Shown here piece after piece: positions 23,912 through 33,590 of a DNA stretch of 64,000 nt (its first letter is position 1; each line of letters starts with the position of its first letter). The stretch comes from an uncultured Aliarcobacter sp. (GTDB lineage: Bacteria; Campylobacterota; Campylobacteria; Campylobacterales; Arcobacteraceae), in assembly GCA_963664305.2 (NCBI GenBank), contig CAXXLV010000001.1, forward strand, positions 704,001 through 768,000. Reading direction: 5' to 3'. The position numbers and the translations under genes are program-made. The notes beneath the pieces are model-generated. The model worked only from the letters and a program-made list of their open reading frames with translations, was not told where the DNA came from and did not search any database.

Positions 23912-24526
23912 TTGGAAAGATTAGTTACTACATCACAAGCTGCTGAGATATTAGGCTTATCTTTACAAGGAATACATTATCGTATTAAAAAAAATCAATT
24001 AAAATCAATCAAAAAAGATGGTAAAGTTTTTGTTTATGTTGATGATACAAATAAAGTATATAAACAAGAAGAAAAAATAGAACCAGTTAAAGAAGAAAAT
24101 AGTTTTAATAATTTTAATGCGGTAATTGAAGTAAAAAATGAACAAATTGAACTTCTAAAAAAATCAATGAAATGGATGAAAAAACAGTATATTTCAGAGA
24201 TTTTTAGACTTGAAAAAAATCAAAAAAAGATTATAGAAGTTTTTAACTCAGAAATAAAATTACTTCAAAGTGCATTTAATGAAATGCGTTCGATTTATAA
24301 ACCTCAAATAGAACAAAAAATTGAAGAAAAGAGAGAAAAAAACAGTAGTGGTTTTTTATCTTTAAAAGATTTTTTTATTTTAATGAAAAGAGAAAATAAA
24401 ACAGAACAAGAGATAAAATTTACTATTTTTAATGCAATTAAAAAAGGTGATAGAAGATTTATCTATAACAAAAAAGAAAAAAAGTTGTTGATTTTAGATG
24501 CTAATTTTGAGGATTTGCTGAAATAA
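23912..24526 (+). CDS. Putative DNA-binding protein (N-terminal HTH plus coiled coil)
   Basis: TTSQAAEILGLSLQGIHYRIKK HTH. Confidence 0.65.
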   Translation: MERLVTTSQAAEILGLSLQGIHYRIKKNQLKSIKKDGKVFVYVDDTNKVYKQEEKIEPVKEENSFNNFNAVIEVKNEQIELLKKSMKWMKKQYISEIFRLEKNQKKIIEVFNSEIKLLQSAFNEMRSIYKPQIEQKIEEKREKNSSGFLSLKDFFILMKRENKTEQEIKFTIFNAIKKGDRRFIYNKKEKKLLILDANFEDLLK

Positions 24527-24547
24527 ATGATTTTTTTTGCAAAAAAA

Positions 24548-24571
24548 AAGAGTACTTTTAAAAGTACTCTT
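24548..24571 (-). terminator. Intrinsic terminator of ffs
   Basis: AAGAGTACTTTTAAAAGTACTCTT followed by a long U-run on the minus strand. Confidence 0.8.
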
Positions 24572-24668
24572 CTCCAGATACCTAAACACAACACTAATAA
24601 AGGTGCCTTGCTATGTTCCCATCCTGGGGCGTTGTCTCTAGAAATGCTTGAAAAGGTCTAAAGAAGAG
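24567..24668 (-). ncRNA. ffs: Signal recognition particle 4.5S RNA
   Basis: Minus strand has the SRP domain IV motif CAGG-AUG-GGAA-CAU-AGCA; the ends pair (CUCUUCUUUAGACCU / AGGUAUCUGGAGAAGAG); TATAAT at 24716-24721; terminator at 24548-24571. Confidence 0.9.
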
Positions 24669-24767
24669 CATTCAAAATACTAAAGTATTCTCAATGTTCC
24701 TCTTTTAGGGTTGCAATTATAACTTAGCAATCTTTAATTTATACTAAATTTTTATAAAAAGAGTTAT

Positions 24768-25175
24768 ATGACATATTTAATGCTGTTTTTTTCTGCTTTT
24801 ATATCAGCAACACTTTTTCCTTTAGGAAGTGAAGCTCTATTAATTTATGATATTAAAGAGGGATATAATATATATTTATTACTATTTTTTGCCACTTTAG
24901 GAAATAGTTTAGGTTCAATTTTAAATTATTATCTTGGTTTAAAAGGTGAAGAGTATTTAATAGAAAAAAAGCTTTTAAATGAAAAATATATAGATATTTC
25001 AAAAAAATATTTTGATAAATATGGTTTTATTACAATTTTATTTTCATGGTTACCAATTATTGGTGATCCAATAACTTTTGTGGCTGGAATATTAAAATAT
25101 GATTTTAAAAAGTTTGTGATTTTAGTAGTTATTTCAAAGTTTTCTAGATATTTATTTATAGCTTTAGTAGTTTAA
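24768..25175 (+). CDS. YqaA/DedA-family membrane protein
   Basis: SATLFPLGSE, GNSLG, SWLPIIGDPITFVAG. Confidence 0.85.
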   Translation: MTYLMLFFSAFISATLFPLGSEALLIYDIKEGYNIYLLLFFATLGNSLGSILNYYLGLKGEEYLIEKKLLNEKYIDISKKYFDKYGFITILFSWLPIIGDPITFVAGILKYDFKKFVILVVISKFSRYLFIALVV

Positions 25176-25201
25176 AACAAAGGAAAACCTTTGTTTTAAT
25201 A

Positions 25202-25588
25202 TTAGAAATCAGATACGTTAGCGTGAGCTTCTCTTGTAGCCATTGTGATATCGGCTCTAAATTTTTGCTCTTTAACTTCTGGAAGCATTAAACCTTTTGC
25301 TTTATGTTCTCTAATTTTATATTCACCTTTTTCATTCCCACTTAAATAGTAAGAATTGAAGTCAACTGTGTAAGGCATATCCCAAACAATTGCACCTTCA
25401 GTTGGACATGCTTCTGCACATCTTGGAGAATCAGCATGGTCAACACACTCAACACATGATTCAGGTTTTACATATAAAATCCCATCTTTTGGATTTTTTT
25501 CATTTCCATCTGGTAATATAGCTGCAACTGGACATTCAGAAGCACAGGCCTCACAGCTTATACATTCTTCTGTAATTTTAACTGCCAT
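25202..25588 (-). CDS. nif-associated 2[4Fe-4S] ferredoxin (FdxN-like) with C-terminal extension
   Basis: CISCEACASECP and CVEC-x8-CAEACP; own sigma54 promoter. Confidence 0.85.
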   Translation of the reverse strand: MAVKITEECISCEACASECPVAAILPDGNEKNPKDGILYVKPESCVECVDHADSPRCAEACPTEGAIVWDMPYTVDFNSYYLSGNEKGEYKIREHKAKGLMLPEVKEQKFRADITMATREAHANVSDF

Positions 25589-25624
25589 TTTCTATCCTTT
25601 TTTATAAAAATATAAAAATTACGT

Positions 25625-25640
25625 TGCAAAACCTATTCCA
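25625..25640 (-). promoter_or_regulatory. Sigma54 -24/-12 promoter (ferredoxin)
   Basis: Minus strand TGGAATAGGTTTTGCA = GG-N10-GC. Confidence 0.8.
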
Positions 25641-25648
25641 TTCTAAAA

Positions 25649-26905
25649 TTAATTAGCTATTTTTTTGAATAAAATCTCTTTTGTTGACTCTTGAATATCA
25701 TTATTTTCTTTATAAACTAATTCAATATCTTTTTCTTTGTCTATATACTCTTTTGTAATAATACATTTTTCTAAATTATCTTCAGAAGGAATAATGTATT
25801 GTAAAGGAAGCATTATATTTTCTATAATACCTCTAAGTCCCCTTGCTCCAACATCTTTTTCATGTGCAATTTCAGCAATTCTTTCAAGTGCTTCATCAGT
25901 GAAAACAAGCTCAACACCATCAAGTTCAAATAAAATTTCATACTGTTTTGTAATTGCATTTTTAGGCTCTTTTAAAACACGTATTAAATCTTCTTTTGAT
26001 AATTTATTAAGTTCAGCAATAACGGGAATTCTTCCTATAAATTCAGGAATTAGACCAAAAGATATTAACTCTTTAGCTTCAATTGCTTTTTTATTTTCTT
26101 GAATCTCTTCTTTTTTCAAGAATCCCATTTTAGGAGCTTTTTTACTTTTTTTGTGGCTATCATCTTCTCTTAAACCTACAAAGGCTCCCCCACAAATAAA
26201 TAAAACATGAGTTGTGTCAAAAAGAATTGTTTCAGCACTAGAGTTTTTTCTACTTCCTTTAACTGGAACATAAACTTCAGCACCTTCAAGGATTTTTAAA
26301 AGTCCTTGTTGAACTCCTTCTCCTGAAACATCTCTTCCACTTGTTGAACTTTCACTTTTATTTGCAATTTTGTCTATTTCATCGATATAAACAATACCTC
26401 TTTTTGCTTTTTCTACATCAAAATCAGCTGCAGCTAAAAGTCTTGAAAGTATTGATTCAACATCTTCTCCAACATAACCAGCTTCAGTTAAAGCAGTTGC
26501 ATCAGCAACTGCAAATGGAACATCCATGATTCTTGCTAAACTTTTTGCAAGTAGAGTTTTCCCAGAACCTGTAGGTCCTATAAGCATAATATTTGATTTT
26601 TCAATCTCAACATTTTTAACTATTGGTTTATCAATTCTTTTATAGTGATTATATAAAGCAACGGCAAGAACTTTTTTTGCTTCAAGTTGCCCAATTACAT
26701 AATCATCAAGATGTTCTTTTATTTTAACTGGAACACTAAGTCCTTTTTGGAACTCTTTTTTATTATCTTTTATAAGTTCTTTTTCTAGAACTTTTGCACA
26801 CATAGTTACACATTCATCACAAATGTGAGCCTCTTCACTAGAGAATATTTTTTTTACTTCTGTTATCTCTTTTCCACAGAAATCGCAATTATGTATTTCA
26901 CTCAT
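25649..26905 (-). CDS. clpX: ATP-dependent Clp protease ATP-binding subunit ClpX (nif-associated copy)
   Basis: CDFCG zinc finger, GPTGSGKT, TEAGYVGEDVE, DEIDK, MGF loop; no clpP adjacent. Confidence 0.93.
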   Translation of the reverse strand: MSEIHNCDFCGKEITEVKKIFSSEEAHICDECVTMCAKVLEKELIKDNKKEFQKGLSVPVKIKEHLDDYVIGQLEAKKVLAVALYNHYKRIDKPIVKNVEIEKSNIMLIGPTGSGKTLLAKSLARIMDVPFAVADATALTEAGYVGEDVESILSRLLAAADFDVEKAKRGIVYIDEIDKIANKSESSTSGRDVSGEGVQQGLLKILEGAEVYVPVKGSRKNSSAETILFDTTHVLFICGGAFVGLREDDSHKKSKKAPKMGFLKKEEIQENKKAIEAKELISFGLIPEFIGRIPVIAELNKLSKEDLIRVLKEPKNAITKQYEILFELDGVELVFTDEALERIAEIAHEKDVGARGLRGIIENIMLPLQYIIPSEDNLEKCIITKEYIDKEKDIELVYKENNDIQESTKEILFKKIAN

Positions 26906-27722
26906 GGTTTTTTATAAACTCATTAATGCTCATATTTAATGCTGTTAAATTATGAGTTTTAATAAATTTATCCTCTTTTTTAGTTAATTCATCTTTATTA
27001 AATAAAACAATCCCACTTTCTAGACCAATAGTAACTTCATTAGTAACCATTCTAAAAGTATCCCTTGAAAAATCTACACCTAAAAACAAATACTCTTTAT
27101 TTTTTCTATACTCTTTTAAAATTTCAGGCATTGCATACCCACCCATAGCTTCAGTTAACCAATCAACAAAATCTGCATCACTAATGATGAAATTCATTTC
27201 AGGTTTTGTAGAACCCATTGGTTTAAATAAAATAGGTAAATCTAAAGTTAATTTATCTTTTTCAATTCTTGTGTATGTTTTTGTTTCCATATCATAAGAA
27301 TAAATTAGATATCTGTCCCAATCAGCTGTTATTCTTGATACACCTGTAATTAAGAAGTGATTACAGTCACTGTAGATTTTTTGTAAGCTATCATCCATGT
27401 TTGTATCGATTACATATTTTGGTTTTAAAGTTGCTAACCATTTATATGTATCTGGTATTTCATACTCTTTTGAAGAGTAGATAAAATTTGTCATTTGAAC
27501 AATGAATTCTCTACCTTTTCTTTGTTCTAAACTCATAGCAGCTCGGCTATACTCATACATAAGTCTTGGACTCATGGCTCTTCCATTATTCAAAGCTAAA
27601 ATCATTGAATCGCTATCATAAGGAAGAGTTGACCCATCCTTACATTTTGTATCTTGAAATATTCCCATTCCTAAGAACGGAATAAGTTCCCCACTTTTTA
27701 TCTTTTCAACTATACTATCCAT
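26898..27722 (-). CDS. SIR2-like domain protein of nif clusters
   Basis: LIPFLG.G, IDTNMD, LFKPMG, FIISDADFVDWLTEAMGG, LFLG. Confidence 0.7.
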   Translation of the reverse strand: MDSIVEKIKSGELIPFLGMGIFQDTKCKDGSTLPYDSDSMILALNNGRAMSPRLMYEYSRAAMSLEQRKGREFIVQMTNFIYSSKEYEIPDTYKWLATLKPKYVIDTNMDDSLQKIYSDCNHFLITGVSRITADWDRYLIYSYDMETKTYTRIEKDKLTLDLPILFKPMGSTKPEMNFIISDADFVDWLTEAMGGYAMPEILKEYRKNKEYLFLGVDFSRDTFRMVTNEVTIGLESGIVLFNKDELTKKEDKFIKTHNLTALNMSINEFIKNHE

Positions 27723-28239
27723 GACAACCTGCTCCTGTGTATGACTGATAGACTTTGTTTAGTTCAACCCTTATTCTTTCGATGTTTAAAGGCTTTTCTA
27801 AATCATTAGGCATATCAATATGATAAACAGCACCATCTTTACCAATTAAAAAAAGTGCCTTTGTTAATTTATTTTCCAAAGTACCACTTACAATTTTTGT
27901 TCCGTACATCTCTGCAAATTCTTCATTTACGTCAAATATAGGAATTATTTTTTTAAATTGGTAAGGAATGTCGAATTCCTTGTTAAAAATAATATAAGTA
28001 AATATATCAACTTTTGCATCATTCATGAATTCATCAAACATAATAATTTCTTTTGAGAATTCATCAAAAGATGGAAAAGACATGAAAATTTGTATATTTC
28101 TATTTGGGCTAGCTCTTTTTATTTCAATTTTATTTTTATTTAAATCAATTGCTTCAAAATTTTCAGCCATATAACCAATATCTATAAAATCATCAGTTAA
28201 TTCCATTTCTTCATTTTTGTATGTTATTTTAGATTTCAT
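27715..28239 (-). CDS. Tpx-fold (redoxin) protein lacking the peroxidatic Cys
   Basis: Tpx-like N-terminus, SFPSFDEF in place of [23 protein letters not shown]. Confidence 0.65.
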   Translation of the reverse strand: MKSKITYKNEEMELTDDFIDIGYMAENFEAIDLNKNKIEIKRASPNRNIQIFMSFPSFDEFSKEIIMFDEFMNDAKVDIFTYIIFNKEFDIPYQFKKIIPIFDVNEEFAEMYGTKIVSGTLENKLTKALFLIGKDGAVYHIDMPNDLEKPLNIERIRVELNKVYQSYTGAGCHG

Positions 28240-29758
28240 ATTTTTTTATTTTATACCCAATTTGTCTAAGAGTTATTCCTAACTCATCTGCTGCTCTTGA
28301 ATGATTGTAATCATTGTTTTCAAGCGCCTCAATAATTGCTTCTTTTTCCATTTCATCTAAAGTCATAGTTCTTTTTGAAATAGGTTTATATTCACTTTTT
28401 AATTTTTGGTCATTAAGTGCTGGAAGAAGTAGTAACATATCAAATTTGCTAATACCATCTTCGTTACCCATTAAAACAATTCTTTCAATTGTATTTTCAA
28501 GTTCTCTTACATTGCCCGGCCACGGGTAACTACAGAGTGCATCCATTGCTTCATCTGTAATGGTTACTATTTTTTTATGGTTTTTCATAGAACGTTCTAA
28601 AAAGAAGTTAACAAGTTGTTTTATGTCATCACCTCTTTCTCTAAGTGGTGGTAAATCAATAGGAATTACATTTAATCTATAATATAAATCCTCTCTAAAT
28701 TTTCCATCTTTTACCATTTGTTCAAGATTTCTATTTGTTGCAGCAACAAGTCTTACATTTACTTTAATTGTTTTACTTCCTCCTACTCGCTCAAACTCTC
28801 TTTCTTGTAAAACCCTAAGAAGTTTTACTTGTGCAGAAGCTGATATATCGCCTATTTCATCTAAAAACAGAGTTCCACCATCAGCAAGTTCAAATCTTCC
28901 TTTTCTAGTCTCTCTAGCATCTGTAAATGCGCCTTTTTCATGACCAAAAAGTTCACTCTCAAGTAAAGTATCTGTAATTGCAGCACAGTTTAATTTAATA
29001 AATGGTTCATCTTTTCTATTACTTCTTTTGTGAATAGCAGCTGCAACTAACTCTTTTCCAGTTCCAGTTTCACCCCGAACTAATACAGTTACATCTGATT
29101 GTGCAATTCTTTGAATTACTTTGAAAACTTGTTGCATTTTTGGACTATCTCCAATAATATCTCCAAAGTTATGTACTTTTGAATCCCATTCCATTTTATA
29201 GTAAAGTTTTAACTCTTGAAGTCTTTCTTTCTCTTTTTTATTTAATTGAAATGAATAGATTGTTTGAGCAAAAATTGAACTAACAATAGTCAAAATTCTA
29301 ACCGTATCATCAAGTTGAATTTCTGCTGTTTTTGTTATAACTGTTCCTAAAACACCTATTGCTTCATTGTCTATCATTAATGGAACTGCTACATAAGATT
29401 TTCCATTAAAATCTCTTTTCCCTGATTTATTTAAAAAAAGAGAATTATTATGAATATTTTCAACAACAACTGGTTCTTTAGATTCTATTACCATTCCAGT
29501 TACACCTTCACCAACTTTATAAGTTGATAAGGTTTTTTGGAATTTTGATAATTCAATCGAAGCAAAAACATTTAGAACATCGTCCTCTAAAATATGTACA
29601 ACACAATTGTCTAAATTCAAACTATTTTTTAATACCCTCATTGATTTTTCTAATGAAGTTTGTAAATCGTAGTGATTTGAAATAATAGATGATATTTCAT
29701 AGAGTGTTGTTAGCTCTCTAATAGTTAGACAGCCCATACAGGCAGATTTATCAAACAT
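28229..29758 (-). CDS. nifA: Nif-specific sigma54 activator (GAF-AAA+-HTH)
   Basis: GAF domain (GEGVTG, YVAVP), [22 protein letters not shown]-terminal [12 protein letters not shown]. Confidence 0.9.
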   Translation of the reverse strand: MFDKSACMGCLTIRELTTLYEISSIISNHYDLQTSLEKSMRVLKNSLNLDNCVVHILEDDVLNVFASIELSKFQKTLSTYKVGEGVTGMVIESKEPVVVENIHNNSLFLNKSGKRDFNGKSYVAVPLMIDNEAIGVLGTVITKTAEIQLDDTVRILTIVSSIFAQTIYSFQLNKKEKERLQELKLYYKMEWDSKVHNFGDIIGDSPKMQQVFKVIQRIAQSDVTVLVRGETGTGKELVAAAIHKRSNRKDEPFIKLNCAAITDTLLESELFGHEKGAFTDARETRKGRFELADGGTLFLDEIGDISASAQVKLLRVLQEREFERVGGSKTIKVNVRLVAATNRNLEQMVKDGKFREDLYYRLNVIPIDLPPLRERGDDIKQLVNFFLERSMKNHKKIVTITDEAMDALCSYPWPGNVRELENTIERIVLMGNEDGISKFDMLLLLPALNDQKLKSEYKPISKRTMTLDEMEKEAIIEALENNDYNHSRAADELGITLRQIGYKIKKYEI

Positions 29759-29787
29759 TATGCCTCCTTTTTATTCTTATTGTCTAA

Positions 29788-29822
29788 TTATAATGATTTT
29801 TTTGGTCAATAATGAATGACCA
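29788..29822 (-). promoter_or_regulatory. Sigma70-type nifA promoter with palindromic operator candidate
   Basis: TATAAT (minus) at 29788-29793; TGGTCA-N8-TGACCA at 29803-29822. Confidence 0.5.
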
Positions 29823-29844
29823 TTTGTATATAAGATAGACAGTT

Positions 29845-30054
29845 TTAGTCGGCGATTTTTTTACAAACTTCTTCTTTAGGTAATTTTTTTGCTCCTGGTT
29901 GAATCCACCATGTTTCACCATTTGATAAAACTGCATTTCCACCCCATTTTTCTTCTGTATCAAACTCTATTTCTTCAATAGTCTCTTCCATATCTTTTTT
30001 TGCAAAATAAAAAGATACAACACCATCTACTTCTCTTAACATTACTTTTGCCAT
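29845..30054 (-). CDS. nifT: Nitrogen fixation protein NifT/FixU
   Basis: M.KVM.R....Y.AKKD.EE...WGG...L.NG pattern. Confidence 0.88.
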   Translation of the reverse strand: MAKVMLREVDGVVSFYFAKKDMEETIEEIEFDTEEKWGGNAVLSNGETWWIQPGAKKLPKEEVCKKIAD

Positions 30055-30057
30055 TTT

Positions 30058-31704
30058 TTACTCCTTATTTATAAATAAATTTTTGATAATTTTTAAAATA
30101 TCATTCTCCTTGAATGAGATTTTAAAGAAACCTTTTTTTAGCTCTTTAACTACAAAACTTCTATCATATTCTTTAGAAGTTTGAGGATAATCTTCTCTGA
30201 AATGAGCCCCTCTGCTCTCTTTTCTTTTTAAAGCACTTAAAATTATTGCTTCTGAGATTTCTAGAGCATTTCTCAATTCTAAAATAGCTGTAAGTTCAAC
30301 ATTATTGTTTTTTTCTTTATTTATACAGTGAAGTGTATATGAGATTTGTCTTAGATATTTAACATAGTCAAAGGCCAATGTAAGACTTAGTTCATTTTTG
30401 ATAATTCCAACTTTTTCAAAAAGTGTTTTTCCTAAACTTATTCTAATAGCATTAAAGTTTTTAGTTGTATCACCTGAAAAAATAAAATCTATCATTTCTA
30501 TATCTTTTATCACAGTGTTATAATCTATTGGTGAGTATTCATTTTCTTGTGAATATTTTAAAGCTTCCATTCCAGCTAATTCACCAAATACACAACCTTC
30601 AAGTAAAGAGTTTCCTCCAAGTCTATTTGCTCCATGAACTCCATTTGATGCCATTTCTCCACAAACATATAAACCTTTTAGTTCACATTTTGTCATATTA
30701 ACGTCAACTCCACCCATTGTATAGTGAGCAACAGGTTTTATTTCAAGTAGTTCTTCTGCTAGATTAATTCCCGTTTGATTTAAAGCAGCATTGTATAAAG
30801 ATGGTAGTTTTTGTTGGATTTTTTCAACTCCAAGATGTCTTAAATCCATAAAAACTTTTTTACCTTCAAGTTGCTCTTTTAAAATAGCCCTTGCAACTTT
30901 ATCTCTAGTATCAAGTTCATTTACAAATCTATTTCCATCACTATTAACTAAGTAACCACCCTCACCTCGTGCAGCTTCAGTTACTAAATAGTTTGTTTTT
31001 ACAAAACCTGTTGGATGAAACTGAACAAATTCCATATCTTTTAAATATAATCCAGCTCGTAATGCAACAGCTAATAAATCTCCAGTATAATCAGGAGCAT
31101 TTGTTGAATATCCTCTATAAATCCCAGCATATCCACCACCTGCTAAAATGACAGCTTTTGAAGAATATATCATTATTTGAGAATTATCTTTATTTAAAGA
31201 TACTACTCCACTTACTCTATCTTGATATTTTGCAAGATTTAAAATATAGTTGTTTGGTAAAAAAGTTATGCCTTTAGCTTTAGCCTTTTTTATAAGTGCC
31301 ATAGTAATTGCACTTCCTGTTTTATCTCCAACATAACAAGTTCTATTAGAACTTCCTCCACCAAAAGGTCGTTGAGCTATTGTTCCATCTTCATTTCTAT
31401 CAAACTCTACACCATATTCAACTAATTTATTTACTATTTTAGAGGCTTGTTTACACATATATGTGATAGCTTTTTTATTTCCTAAACCTTTTCCTGAAAT
31501 TAAAGTATCATTTATATGTTGATTTATCTCTTTTGTATTATTTGAGTCAAGTACTGCATTTATTCCACCACTTGCCATTGAAGAGTTAGATTTGAAAACA
31601 TTTCCCTTTGTAATTAGTGCAACTTTGTTATTCTCATTTTTAGCTTCAATTGCAGCCATTAATCCTGCAATTCCACCTCCAACTACTATTACATCATAAA
31701 TCAT
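30058..31704 (-). CDS. NadB/SdhA-family flavoprotein (non-covalent FAD)
   Basis: GGGIAG, SNSSMASGG (no covalent His), QFHPT, TEAARGEGG, HYTMGG, HGANRLGGNSL, ESRGAHFR. Confidence 0.8.
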   Translation of the reverse strand: MIYDVIVVGGGIAGLMAAIEAKNENNKVALITKGNVFKSNSSMASGGINAVLDSNNTKEINQHINDTLISGKGLGNKKAITYMCKQASKIVNKLVEYGVEFDRNEDGTIAQRPFGGGSSNRTCYVGDKTGSAITMALIKKAKAKGITFLPNNYILNLAKYQDRVSGVVSLNKDNSQIMIYSSKAVILAGGGYAGIYRGYSTNAPDYTGDLLAVALRAGLYLKDMEFVQFHPTGFVKTNYLVTEAARGEGGYLVNSDGNRFVNELDTRDKVARAILKEQLEGKKVFMDLRHLGVEKIQQKLPSLYNAALNQTGINLAEELLEIKPVAHYTMGGVDVNMTKCELKGLYVCGEMASNGVHGANRLGGNSLLEGCVFGELAGMEALKYSQENEYSPIDYNTVIKDIEMIDFIFSGDTTKNFNAIRISLGKTLFEKVGIIKNELSLTLAFDYVKYLRQISYTLHCINKEKNNNVELTAILELRNALEISEAIILSALKRKESRGAHFREDYPQTSKEYDRSFVVKELKKGFFKISFKENDILKIIKNLFINKE

Positions 31705-32811
31705 TTATACTCGATACATTAAATCATATTTAGCTCTTGATGTTGCAGGAACCTTTGTGATTTCTAAATTCTTTTTGATATGAACTGGAACTTTTGATGC
31801 AAAAAGTGATGAAATTAATCCAGGAGTTGAACGAACAAATTGAAGTGCTAGTTGGATGTCATTTTCTAAAATCATTTTAGAATCAAGCAAGTAACCAACT
31901 TGGGCATTAAACGATTTTTTAAATAGATTCATTTGTAAAAGAGAAGAACTTGAAATTACTCCTATTTTTAATCTATGAGCAGCTTGTAGTAAAGTACACT
32001 CTTCACCTTTTACAGTTTGTGTTGGCATTGTATAAATCGAAGTTTTTGCCATGTTAAAAGGTGTTTGAATATATTTAAAGTTATGATTCTCTCCTCCAAC
32101 TTTTATAGCTATTTCAACTAAATCTTCTAAATTGATATGTTCATTTGTACTTTTATCAATAAATCCATTCCAAACAGCAACACCATAAGATTTTATCATT
32201 CCTTTAGTTACCATTTTTTCAAATCTTTTAAAGATTGTTTCGATTTTTTTTAACCAGTTTTTATATCCAAGTTTACTTATTTGTATTTCAGGATTATGTA
32301 AAAAATAGATATCAAGTGTTTTTACACCAAGATTTTCTAAAGATTTTTGACATGACCACTCTAAATAATCAGGCGTCATACAGTGTTGATCTAGTTCTAT
32401 ATCTTCAAGTTTTGCCAATGAAGTATTAATAATATTTTCTTCAATCCAAGCATAAGGATTTTCGGGAAATGGATAATCAAGTTGAATAAATCCACCTTTT
32501 GAACATATTATTAACTCTTCTCTTTTTGTATCACCTTCTTCAAATAGTTCTTTTAAAGCAATACCAATCTCTTTTTCACTTTGTCCATATCTATAGTTAC
32601 TTGCTGTATCTATAAGATTAATACCACTTTTAATAGCTTCTTTTACCCCAGCTATATAGTGAAATAGATAGTTTTCTTCTTTATAAGGTTCTTTATTAAA
32701 AGTACCTAGTCCTAGTTTTGAAAATATCAAATTATTGTGTTTTACATAGAAATCTTTATAATGAGCAAATTTTTTTGCAAAATTGTAAGTATCATCAAAT
32801 GTAGCAATCAT
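31705..32811 (-). CDS. Aldo/keto reductase
   Basis: LGLGT, IDTASNY..G.SE, SKGG, SLENLG..TLDIYFLHNPE. Confidence 0.85.
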   Translation of the reverse strand: MIATFDDTYNFAKKFAHYKDFYVKHNNLIFSKLGLGTFNKEPYKEENYLFHYIAGVKEAIKSGINLIDTASNYRYGQSEKEIGIALKELFEEGDTKREELIICSKGGFIQLDYPFPENPYAWIEENIINTSLAKLEDIELDQHCMTPDYLEWSCQKSLENLGVKTLDIYFLHNPEIQISKLGYKNWLKKIETIFKRFEKMVTKGMIKSYGVAVWNGFIDKSTNEHINLEDLVEIAIKVGGENHNFKYIQTPFNMAKTSIYTMPTQTVKGEECTLLQAAHRLKIGVISSSSLLQMNLFKKSFNAQVGYLLDSKMILENDIQLALQFVRSTPGLISSLFASKVPVHIKKNLEITKVPATSRAKYDLMYRV

Positions 32812-32865
32812 AATCAAAACTCTTTTTTATAAAATTAACCATTTTTACCTAGAAAATACTCTTAC

Positions 32866-32920
32866 GAAGAAGAAAAGGAGAATAAATTCTCCTTTATCTT
32901 TCTAAGTTTAAAGGGTGTAC
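32866..32920 (-). ncRNA. Candidate sigma54-dependent small RNA or terminated leader (~55 nt)
   Basis: Starts about 12 nt after the -12 GC; ends in AAAGGAGAA-UUUA-UUCUCCUUU hairpin plus UCUUCUU; no ORF. Confidence 0.4.
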
Positions 32921-32929
32921 TTTCTTATA

Positions 32930-32945
32930 TGCAATAAGTGTTCCA
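32930..32945 (-). promoter_or_regulatory. Sigma54 -24/-12 promoter
   Basis: Minus strand TGGAACACTTATTGCA. Confidence 0.85.
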
Positions 32946-33025
32946 TAAATTAAAAATGTTTAAATAAGTTCAGAAAAATAATTTTATTGCTATTGTTCTG
33001 ATAATATTAATAATAAAGATAAATA

Positions 33026-33078
33026 TTCGTTATTTAGGTAACTATATAAATATCGATATATATTTTTTATACAGTAAA
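33026..33078 (+). promoter_or_regulatory. ModE-box-like sites upstream of the molbindin gene
   Basis: TTCGTTATTTA-N6-TATATAAATAT (33026-33053) and an adjacent ATCGATATATA...TATACAG. Confidence 0.6.
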
Positions 33079-33160
33079 ATTATAAATTAATAACTAAATT
33101 AAGTAAAACCTTATGAATCAAAGCCTAGAATTAATTTAATTTAAAAAAAGGATTCGCAAA

Positions 33161-33574
33161 ATGAAAACAAGTGCAAGAAATGAGCTAACAGGAAAAATCA
33201 CAAATATTATTGAAGGTGCTGTAATGAGTGAAGTAAAAATTACAGTTTCTCCAGAAGTTACTATTAGTGCAACAGTTACAAAAGAAGGATTATATTCTTT
33301 AGGTGCAAAATTAAATGATAATATTACAGCTATCGTTAAAGCTTCATCAATAATTATTACAAAAGAAGCTGTTAAAACTACAGCTAGAAATGTATTAAAA
33401 GGAAAAGTAATAGAAGTTATAAAAGGTGCAGTTAATAGTGAAGTAAAATTATCTTTAGGAACAAATGTTATCTCAGCAATTGTAACAAACGATGCAATTG
33501 AAGACTTATCAATTAAAGTATCAGAAGATGCTTATGCAATTATTAAAGCTTCAAGTGTTCTTCTAATAGCTTAA
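33161..33574 (+). CDS. Di-TOBE molybdate-binding protein (ModG/molbindin)
   Basis: Two SARN/TARN...KASS repeats. Confidence 0.88.
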   Translation: MKTSARNELTGKITNIIEGAVMSEVKITVSPEVTISATVTKEGLYSLGAKLNDNITAIVKASSIIITKEAVKTTARNVLKGKVIEVIKGAVNSEVKLSLGTNVISAIVTNDAIEDLSIKVSEDAYAIIKASSVLLIA

Positions 33575-33590
33575 TAATATAGGGTTTCCC

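Noticed and set aside
24540..24720. Intergenic RNA with GGA motifs, first considered a novel CsrA-binding sRNA or 6S RNA
   Set aside because: The CAGG-AUG-GGAA-CAU-AGCA motif and end-pairing identify it as ordinary SRP RNA.
24526..25202. ffs as the integration site of a mobile nif island
   Set aside because: No integrase, att-like duplication or transposase seen in the window.
26898..27722. SIR2 protein as an anti-phage defence system
   Set aside because: No defence partner (TIR, HerA, Argonaute) nearby; it is embedded in the nifA-clpX run.
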